Sequence record: PQ451753.1
Length of the DNA stretch: 64,000 nt
Reading direction: 5' to 3' (one strand)
The translations under genes and the position numbers were made by a program. The notes beneath the pieces are model-generated. The model was not told the origin of the DNA and ran no database searches. It saw only the letters and a list, made by a program, of their open reading frames with translations. Shown here in pieces: positions 57,148 through 64,000 of this stretch. Each line of letters starts with the position of its first letter. The first letter of the stretch is position 1.

Positions 57148-57963
57148 TTAAATCTTAACCTTGCCTGAACGGAAGATATGCTTCTGTTTTCTGGCTTGGT
57201 CGTTGAGTAGTAAGATTTTGTGCCATTTCTGGTCGAGCAGGTCTTGGTACATCTGATGATGATCACTCCATTGGTCTACAAACTCTTTGTATCGACCAAA
57301 GTCACGACCACCCTCTAGACGCGTTCTATCCAATCCTAACGACAGTTCACGGTACAGGTAAGCCTTACATGCCACATTCACCAATTCCGCAAAGTCTTGG
57401 TAGTATGGGCGTTTGATTTCAAGTAAGTCATCCGTGTAACCAATTCGACACTCTAACGTGATATCAACTGAGAAGTTTTGATAGTCATTGATCTTGACTA
57501 CGTTATCCCCTAACAGTTCAACTTCCGCATTCGTAATATTTGGAATAGGACGATGGGATGCATTAACTGACTGAATGCTACGTTCGAACGGAGACACAGT
57601 GAAAGCCTGTGTAGATTGTCCGGGTACACGTTCAGAGTAGTTTGACGTAACGTTAAGTGACACGCGGTTAACTTGGACGATTTCTCGACCCAAAGTCATA
57701 TGACGTGGAATTACATAGATACGGCTGTAGTCTTCCAGCTTATCGTACGCAAGTCCTGACAACGGGATTTCAAGAGCAACGCCACCAATCGAGTCTAAGT
57801 CTGGTTTAATGAGATTTGCAATTAATTCGTCACGAATTTCACTATCTACAGACTTACGACGTCGACCCCAACGCTGTTCTTTTTTTCTGAATCCATCTTC
57901 TAATATCTCTTTCGGAATGTCCGAGAATTTGAGACGGTTCAGAGCATGCTCTATAGCGTTCAT
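57148..57963 (-). CDS. Conserved jumbo-phage protein, possibly virion
   Basis: AAGGAGG RBS before ATG 57963 (MNAIEHALNRLK); 271 aa. Confidence 0.65.
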   Translation of the reverse strand: MNAIEHALNRLKFSDIPKEILEDGFRKKEQRWGRRRKSVDSEIRDELIANLIKPDLDSIGGVALEIPLSGLAYDKLEDYSRIYVIPRHMTLGREIVQVNRVSLNVTSNYSERVPGQSTQAFTVSPFERSIQSVNASHRPIPNITNAEVELLGDNVVKINDYQNFSVDITLECRIGYTDDLLEIKRPYYQDFAELVNVACKAYLYRELSLGLDRTRLEGGRDFGRYKEFVDQWSDHHQMYQDLLDQKWHKILLLNDQARKQKHIFRSGKVKI

Positions 57964-58063
57964 AGAACCCTCCTTCATCGCAGTCATAGCATGACTTGAG
58001 CTTACGTAAATAATAACATAACAGCGATTCCTATAGGGGAGTTTGGCTATGAATAAAAGTATT

Positions 58064-58086
58064 GTCAAATATATTTTATCTTAGTG
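58064..58086 (+). promoter_or_regulatory. Putative phage promoter motif, copy 4 (more degenerate)
   Basis: GTCAAATATATTTTATCTTAGTG upstream of the paralogue array. Confidence 0.45.
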
Positions 58087-58107
58087 ATAAATCCTTGGAG
58101 ATAATAA

Positions 58108-58461
58108 ATGCGACTTATAATTTTACAATTTGAAGTTGCACCTTTCTTAGATGAATATGAAAACAAATTTGGTGAACTGCCAGAGGGATGCGAGATAAAT
58201 GATTTCGCAATTATGGTAATGCTTTCGATAATGCATCGACACTGCATACTGATGTTAACGGACAGCGCTTTTCGTAAATACGAAGAACGTGGTGTTTGTT
58301 TTCGTAATAAGGTTGATGACATTGTTGAGAACTTAGTGTTCAATCCAGATGATTCAGCTGTCTACCATATTGCCGAATACTATCGTACCTTCAGAGGCGT
58401 GCTCTCCATATCTAAAGTTCGTCTAAGAAGAAAACGAACGTTTGAGGTGTACTGTGAATAA
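58108..58461 (+). CDS. Hypothetical protein (array member)
   Basis: 117 aa, GGAGATAA RBS. Confidence 0.6.
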   Translation: MRLIILQFEVAPFLDEYENKFGELPEGCEINDFAIMVMLSIMHRHCILMLTDSAFRKYEERGVCFRNKVDDIVENLVFNPDDSAVYHIAEYYRTFRGVLSISKVRLRRKRTFEVYCE

Positions 58462-59128
58462 ATATACATATAACATTGAACCATTCTATCAGCAAGTTCG
58501 TGACTTCATTTCGAAGCGTGCTGACTTGTTTACTGGATTGGAAGAAGTGTTTGATGATCCGGCCAACTTTGACCATGATCCGTCTAAACCACTCTCGCTG
58601 TTTGAAGCGACAGAAAACCGCCGTGATGTCACGCGGGAATACTTAGATAAGTTAGAAGCGTTCCAGCGCGACCTTACTCAGGAACTTATCAATGCCGTAC
58701 TGTGTGAGTACTTCTACTCAATCCCAGAAGGTTATGATAACCGTTTCTACTTGCTAGGTAAGCAGTCTATCAACCAGTGTCAGTATGCCGACCCTGAAAC
58801 TTGGTATAAAGTGTGTCGTATGGCTAAGCGAAGCGATGCACATGTACTACTGCTTGATGAAAGAGAAAACGTTGAAGATAGTGTTCCAATTGGGATACGC
58901 AATGAAGACGTTCGCCGAATCTTCCACGAATTGTTTGTAGCATTCTACTGTGAGCTACGTTATTCGTTGCCTGAAAATACATGGGCTACCGTAGATTTTA
59001 AGGTTAGTGGAAATACAATGACGTTAACCTTCGGCGAGGACTTAAGGCATGTTATCTTTGAACGTGAACACGGTGCCAATAAATGGACGGGCCCGTACTG
59101 CCTTCCGACAGGAGAGATTATCGAATAG
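58442..59128 (+). CDS. Hypothetical protein (array member)
   Basis: 228 aa; start uncertain. Confidence 0.65.
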   Translation: MRCTVNKYTYNIEPFYQQVRDFISKRADLFTGLEEVFDDPANFDHDPSKPLSLFEATENRRDVTREYLDKLEAFQRDLTQELINAVLCEYFYSIPEGYDNRFYLLGKQSINQCQYADPETWYKVCRMAKRSDAHVLLLDERENVEDSVPIGIRNEDVRRIFHELFVAFYCELRYSLPENTWATVDFKVSGNTMTLTFGEDLRHVIFEREHGANKWTGPYCLPTGEIIE

Positions 59129-59510
59129 TCGTGTAAGGTTAGTTATTAAGGACATCTATTATGGCGTAGAGGGCAAACTCGACGATTACGATTATCGTTA
59201 CGATAGCAGGGATATTGAAGAGTTTGTCGCATCTGTGTTAGATATGTACCTAGACAGTGCAGACCGTGGCTTCGGTCGAGCAGCTGTTGATATGCGAGCA
59301 GCATTTGAAATCTTTCAAGCTCTCGTGGGTGGTGAAGAAGCTAAGCAATTATCGCGTATTCGTGTACAACAATTAGTCTTGTTTATATTGGCTGAACTAG
59401 GCGACTACTTGCGAACGTTTGAAATCGTTCGTGTGTACGATTACACAATCTTCGGGTCACAATTGGCTATAGACTGTTTAAGAAGAGTTGAGATAAAGGC
59501 GGTAGCATAA
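59049..59510 (+). CDS. Hypothetical protein (array member)
   Basis: 153 aa; GAGGA RBS; 80-nt overlap with the previous gene. Confidence 0.55.
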   Translation: MLSLNVNTVPINGRARTAFRQERLSNSRVRLVIKDIYYGVEGKLDDYDYRYDSRDIEEFVASVLDMYLDSADRGFGRAAVDMRAAFEIFQALVGGEEAKQLSRIRVQQLVLFILAELGDYLRTFEIVRVYDYTIFGSQLAIDCLRRVEIKAVA

Positions 59511-59523
59511 ATAGGAGATAATA

Positions 59524-59895
59524 ATGCACAAACGTAAACGCAACGCGTATGTGTTTAACTTGAGTGTCTTACAGGACCTTAGCGAAGATCTCATGGAGTA
59601 TGACATCTATGAGATATTTGATGAACAAATCGATAACTTCGACTTCATCAGAACGCTAATTAAGGCATCTCTATCAACACGTAATGAGCAAGAAGCACAT
59701 CTTAAAGCGATAATGATTCTAACTCAATATGTGGACGCATCTCAGAAAGACCATTTGTCTGAAATGGTTAATGAGATAATGCAGCTAGGTGACTTTGAGT
59801 ATCTGATTGATGTTATCAGGAACTCAGTTGGTCGTCAGGCTTATCGTTATCCTGGTGTGGATATTAAGGGTGAACGTCTGGTGGTGAAAGTGTAA
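59524..59895 (+). CDS. Hypothetical protein (array member)
   Basis: 123 aa, AGGAG RBS. Confidence 0.65.
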   Translation: MHKRKRNAYVFNLSVLQDLSEDLMEYDIYEIFDEQIDNFDFIRTLIKASLSTRNEQEAHLKAIMILTQYVDASQKDHLSEMVNEIMQLGDFEYLIDVIRNSVGRQAYRYPGVDIKGERLVVKV

Positions 59896-60335
59896 TGGAG
59901 ATTGTGGTTGGTATAGTGCCGTATCACAGACGTCTAGCTAACGCCATCAACGAACACTATGACGATGTGGTTCAGGGTGTGAATGTGAGTAACGTAATGA
60001 GGCGTACTGACATTTACACGATTATGACGATCATTATGAAAGTGTCGGTGGTTGACTACATGTCGGATATTGCATCTATGGCATCCGAGTCAATCTACCG
60101 TCACCTTAATCTTAAGTATAGCGTGTCTATGCTTATGATTTCACATATGGTCAATGAGATAATAGAATCTGATGAGTATATCGAAATACGCCATCGGATT
60201 AATCAGTGTGTTGCAAGAACGTCTGACAGACACTTGGGTGTCAATGACGTCATCCTTACTTGGAATTTGAGTAAGGTTGTAATACACGTTGCCGGACGAC
60301 GAGGTGAGTATGAGAGTAACAGTTCGCATTCATGA
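59895..60335 (+). CDS. Hypothetical protein (array member)
   Basis: 146 aa, TAATG overlap. Confidence 0.65.
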   Translation: MEIVVGIVPYHRRLANAINEHYDDVVQGVNVSNVMRRTDIYTIMTIIMKVSVVDYMSDIASMASESIYRHLNLKYSVSMLMISHMVNEIIESDEYIEIRHRINQCVARTSDRHLGVNDVILTWNLSKVVIHVAGRRGEYESNSSHS

Positions 60336-60789
60336 TTTTAATAACTACTTTATGGAACTCATTCCATTTAGTCAAGCATTGGATAACGTTCGAATTGTCC
60401 AGTGTTTAATCGATGACCTTAACGGTCTACTTAATTTAAGTCAATCGGTTGCCAGAGAGGAACCTGTTGATTATCGCAAGATATCCAATACGTTGGAGTA
60501 CCTAACAAAAGACGCTGAGAGTTTCATTAGTGAGGCAGGAATGGTTCACATGAAGAATGCAGTCGGTGATTTGATGAAGGTGTTCTTTGAAGAACTTCGA
60601 GGGTATCCGCGTTGGACTAACATGCGTTTCCGCTACATTCGTCATCAAGAAGCTTCATCAGGCTCTTGGACAATACGTATGGAAGCATTTGATGAGTATG
60701 ACCATAATGATCGTATCTGCGACCTTATGATGGAAATGGCGGAACGATTACTGGAGCAATTCTGTGTTAAAGATGACCGTAGGTATTAG
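60310..60789 (+). CDS. Hypothetical protein (array member)
   Basis: GAGGTG RBS before ATG 60310. Confidence 0.65.
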   Translation: MRVTVRIHDFNNYFMELIPFSQALDNVRIVQCLIDDLNGLLNLSQSVAREEPVDYRKISNTLEYLTKDAESFISEAGMVHMKNAVGDLMKVFFEELRGYPRWTNMRFRYIRHQEASSGSWTIRMEAFDEYDHNDRICDLMMEMAERLLEQFCVKDDRRY

Positions 60790-61177
60790 TCAATTAATAC
60801 GATTCATAGAACGCAAGCTAGTAAAGTTTAGACTACCTAACGGCGGCATTAGTAGAAAAGAGGAGCAGCAGGTTATAGAGCTGCTCATCTTGCGCTTTAT
60901 TTGCCGTGACGAATCACGCATACGTCGACTATCTTCACCAACTGTTTTACATGTCTTTAACCGACTAACCAAAGGTGATAGACATACATCTGGTGATATC
61001 GAATTACTCGACGAACTCTACTACTATGGTGAGTTAGTGGGTGATGTGGTTATGAGATATTTTGACTACGAAGGTGATGGTATAGGTTACAACTGTCGAA
61101 TTCATTACAACTTGCGTAGACGACGAATTAGTATAGAGGGAACATCCGAATGTCTAAGAGAAAGATTAGGCAGGTAA
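60773..61177 (+). CDS. Hypothetical protein (array member)
   Basis: ATG 60773 overlapping the previous gene. Confidence 0.6.
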   Translation: MTVGISQLIRFIERKLVKFRLPNGGISRKEEQQVIELLILRFICRDESRIRRLSSPTVLHVFNRLTKGDRHTSGDIELLDELYYYGELVGDVVMRYFDYEGDGIGYNCRIHYNLRRRRISIEGTSECLRERLGR

Positions 61178-61887
61178 GAGTTTGTCTGAAAGAGTACATC
61201 CGCGATATTGAAGATATCGTGGCTAATATGTGTGATAAACTTAGCGACCTGCCTGATAGCTTTAGACGTCCTATTGAAGAGGGCGTGGTATATATGGCCC
61301 TGTTTGATTCAGGGTATAACGATGAAGATTTCTGGGAGAAGGTCTCTGAGTACTTAACCGAAGTATTCACACTGTATTTTGAAAGTCAAACTGAATTTAC
61401 GGACACGTTACCGAGAAGTAGGAAGGTGCGTTTAAAGCCATTAATGATGGATGTCCTTAAAGGTACTGACACTGATGATGACCTATTGATTTCAGATGTT
61501 GACCATCTCGATAGTGAACGGATTGAATATGTCATTGGTGTGAGTGATGAGATTCCACGTCATTACCACTGGAGTAGTCGTGAGGATATGGAATATACTG
61601 CTGAAATTGTTTCAGACCAAGTTGCTGAAATGTTTGCAGAGTACGACCTAGCCTCCGATGAGGACTTCGCTGAACTTGCATGCATGGTTAGAGATGCGGT
61701 TCTGGGTGATAGAAGTAATGTGAGTGATATTGATAGATTCACTATTGACTTACCTCGTAAACGACTGATGGTCGGTGTTAATGTGGGTAGGCGTTTAGTT
61801 GATATTGACATGTCGCTATTTAATAGATTTGAGGTAGACGATGCGTTATCTATTCGGGATAGATCGCGAAGTCATCGACCACATTAA
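61150..61887 (+). CDS. Hypothetical acidic protein (array member)
   Basis: 245 aa, GAGGG RBS. Confidence 0.7.
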   Translation: MSKRKIRQVRVCLKEYIRDIEDIVANMCDKLSDLPDSFRRPIEEGVVYMALFDSGYNDEDFWEKVSEYLTEVFTLYFESQTEFTDTLPRSRKVRLKPLMMDVLKGTDTDDDLLISDVDHLDSERIEYVIGVSDEIPRHYHWSSREDMEYTAEIVSDQVAEMFAEYDLASDEDFAELACMVRDAVLGDRSNVSDIDRFTIDLPRKRLMVGVNVGRRLVDIDMSLFNRFEVDDALSIRDRSRSHRPH

Positions 61888-62407
61888 CGAAGCGTGGCAT
61901 TACCTTGATAGTGAGTACAACCTCGACTTATGGCCGTTAATTAAGCCTGTAGTTGAGCTCTGTACTCATACCACTATACATGAGCTAATAACTTTACATT
62001 ACATGTTAGGTTACGATGTGGAAGAATATATCCATAATTGTAACTGGCATCATGTTGAAGATTACGTCCATGCAACAGTTGGTTCTGACGATGAAGTCTT
62101 AGACGACTTACTTGAGTTATTAGAATCAAATGCGTATATGGGTAACAAGCTGGCTACATCTATCTGTCGTAAAAGCAGATACATGAGAACAGCTGATATC
62201 ATAGGTGAGTCAAACGATCGTGTGCGAGATGACTTACAGCGTTCATTATCAAATGCGTTGATAGATGCAATCATTGATACCTTAAGGTCAGTAGAAATTA
62301 TTGAATACTTGCCTAAGGTTGAAAACGAACTAGCTCCAAGATATCGTATGCCGATTCAGGACGTTGATATCAACATTCCAAAATTAAAGCTGACGATATA
62401 CCATTAG
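61841..62407 (+). CDS. Hypothetical acidic protein (array member), paralogue of 32..604
   Basis: 188 aa, GAGGT RBS. Confidence 0.7.
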   Translation: MRYLFGIDREVIDHINEAWHYLDSEYNLDLWPLIKPVVELCTHTTIHELITLHYMLGYDVEEYIHNCNWHHVEDYVHATVGSDDEVLDDLLELLESNAYMGNKLATSICRKSRYMRTADIIGESNDRVRDDLQRSLSNALIDAIIDTLRSVEIIEYLPKVENELAPRYRMPIQDVDINIPKLKLTIYH

Positions 62408-62416
62408 GAGATAGTG

Positions 62417-62836
62417 ATGGCTGACATTAACACGCTTAAATCGGGACAGGTTGTCTCGTTTAAGTTACATACCAAACTGATCTCCGACATCTTTACCAAC
62501 GTAAAGGTGCTCGGTGCAGTGGGGTTCGATTTAGCAAACAATATTGAGGATGTTGCCGCAATTCATGCCAACATCTACTCAACACTTCCAGAGGGTACGC
62601 CTGAAAGTCCAGAAGACTATGATTACCTAATCGTAGAAACTATTGACGGTCAGCGTAAAGCTGTAGGTGGGCCATGGATTAAAGATCCTATCACGGTAGT
62701 TGACTCTGCAACCATCCGTGTTACTTTGAACAACGCAACCACTTCAGATGTTGAGAAGGTTCGTAATGCATTAAATGCTTACGGATTCATCGACCTATCA
62801 ATTGAAGTATTGAGTGGTTCTAGTATACAATCCTAG
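62417..62836 (+). CDS. Conserved protein upstream of DNA polymerase
   Basis: AGGAG RBS; 139 aa; function unknown. Confidence 0.65.
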   Translation: MADINTLKSGQVVSFKLHTKLISDIFTNVKVLGAVGFDLANNIEDVAAIHANIYSTLPEGTPESPEDYDYLIVETIDGQRKAVGGPWIKDPITVVDSATIRVTLNNATTSDVEKVRNALNAYGFIDLSIEVLSGSSIQS

Positions 62837-62979
62837 TAATAAATTAAATGGTTGGCTATATTGTGAACGAATCAATCTCCCAATTAGTTTGTTCATTAGT
62901 GAGTCACATTTCAGTCCCTGCAAATGTGATTTGCTTGCCCACTACTTTTTTCTTGGATTATTTAGTCCACCTTATGAAG

Positions 62980-63012
62980 CCAGCACCCGTTTGGGTGTTG
63001 GTATTTTTTTTT
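62980..63012 (+). terminator. Intrinsic terminator
   Basis: CCAGCACCC-GTTT-GGGTGTTGG followed by TATTTTTTTTT. Confidence 0.8.
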
Positions 63013-63085
63013 GTCTTAATGTAAAAAGTAATGCAGTCGCTTTTGATTTGTAGAACTAACTAAAACAAAATTCCCAGAGGCAAAA

Positions 63086-64000
63086 ATGTCATTATTCTTA
63101 CGTCCGGACGAAGAATACGTTCGTGAAATAAATGTCATGGAAGGCTACATGAAACAGTTGGCTGAATACCTGCATATCCAAACAGGTAAGCCGATGGAAG
63201 TAGTTAAGACATGGTTAAAGAAAGAATTCGAAACTGAAGAGGGTCGATTTAAGTTTAAATCCCCTATTGCAGATATTAACGTACGTGATCCAGAAACAGG
63301 TGACCGTAAAGCAGCACGTATCTCAGTCGCTAAGCTACTGGCTATGACTGACAAAAACGATATCATTACTTCACCATCATTGACCTTTTATACACCTGCT
63401 AAGAAGAAGCGTTCACTACTATCAGTCTTCATCGATGAGAACATCGCAAAACGTGCAAAAGTAAAGAAAGAGATGTTCGTAGCTCAGGCAGAGGGTGATG
63501 AAGTAAAGGCTCAGAACAAAAAGAATGAACAGAACTCATTCAAGACTTTGAATAACGCAACATCTGGCGCACACTCGTCACCATACACGCTACTATTCAA
63601 TAAGTCTACTCACTCATCGCTAACATCAACTTGTCGTTCAGCTACCTCTTATGGTAACGCAAACAACGAGAAGTTACTGGCAGGTTCGCGTCACTACTGG
63701 ATGCCGGGTATTGTAATCAACAATATCTTGTCGACTATTACGTTGACAGACTTCGAAGCATTCCAAGGTTGTATGGATGAGTACAACTTACATTACCCAA
63801 CAGCAGCTGAGACAATGGAGTGTATTGAATACTCAACTCACCTGTTCTGGAATAATGTTACAGCGATGGAGCACATTGAAGACTTCGTTAATAAGCTAAC
63901 ACCAATTCAACGCGCTGCGTTTGTCTACATTGGTGACCTTTACCATCTACGTAAGCACAACCCTGATGTTGTTCGTGGTTGGATTGGTTCAATGATTGAA
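63086..64000 (+). CDS. Family-B DNA polymerase, palm-containing subunit (phiKZ gp50-like), 3' truncated by the window edge
   Basis: Not in the track; translated by hand from ATG 63086 (MSLFLRPDEEYVR...QNSFKTLNNATSGAHSSPYTLLFNKSTHSSLTSTCRSATSYGNANNE); K...N..SG is PolB region III-like. Confidence 0.85.
   Translation, partial: MSLFLRPDEEYVREINVMEGYMKQLAEYLHIQTGKPMEVVKTWLKKEFETEEGRFKFKSPIADINVRDPETGDRKAARISVAKLLAMTDKNDIITSPSLTFYTPAKKKRSLLSVFIDENIAKRAKVKKEMFVAQAEGDEVKAQNKKNEQNSFKTLNNATSGAHSSPYTLLFNKSTHSSLTSTCRSATSYGNANNEKLLAGSRHYWMPGIVINNILSTITLTDFEAFQGCMDEYNLHYPTAAETMECIEYSTHLFWNNVTAMEHIEDFVNKLTPIQRAAFVYIGDLYHLRKHNPDVVRGWIGSMIE

Noticed and set aside
1-64000. CRISPR array or long direct-repeat array
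   Set aside because: No regularly spaced direct repeats seen in any intergenic region by eye; no cas-like ORF
45303-64000. PhuZ tubulin or chimallin genes expected for nucleus-forming phages
   Set aside because: No tubulin GGGTGSG-type signature and no ORF of chimallin size and position in this window; they may lie outside it, so absence is not claimed for the genome
1-64000. Stop-codon reassignment
   Set aside because: Core genes are full length under the standard code and all three stop codons terminate genes

Overview
This window is part of a phiKZ-related (Chimalliviridae-like) jumbo myophage genome, with a gene order resembling what I recall for SPN3US-type phages. A gammaproteobacterial, possibly Vibrio, host is inference only. 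Core genes recognisable from motifs: UvsX/RecA recombinase, four pieces of the split virion RNA polymerase (beta-C, beta'-N, beta-N, probable beta'-middle), a 2.3-kaa tail protein with a lytic transglycosylase domain and its neighbour, prohead protease, tail tube, tail sheath, three virion proteins, large terminase, an internal head protein, and the 5' part of the split family-B DNA polymerase at the right edge. Accessory blocks lie between them. The most unusual observations are: (1) five tandem ~70-aa paralogues sharing a GQ(Y/T)G motif, bounded by terminators (33.9-35.0 kb); (2) a ~370-nt densely structured intergenic region, a candidate ncRNA (52.1-52.5 kb); (3) a symmetric region with two divergent GCGAAGC mini-hairpins and outward-running purine tracts, a candidate origin (53.6-54.5 kb); (4) a 23-nt promoter-like motif in four copies; (5) a DUF488 + NADAR pair and a SLOG fusion; (6) an apparently inactive ligase-fold protein; (7) a signal-peptide-bearing HNH nuclease; (8) a long divergent paralogue array upstream of the DNA polymerase. 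No CRISPR array, complete tRNA, integrase or transposase was seen. All family assignments come from motif recognition by eye; no database search was run.
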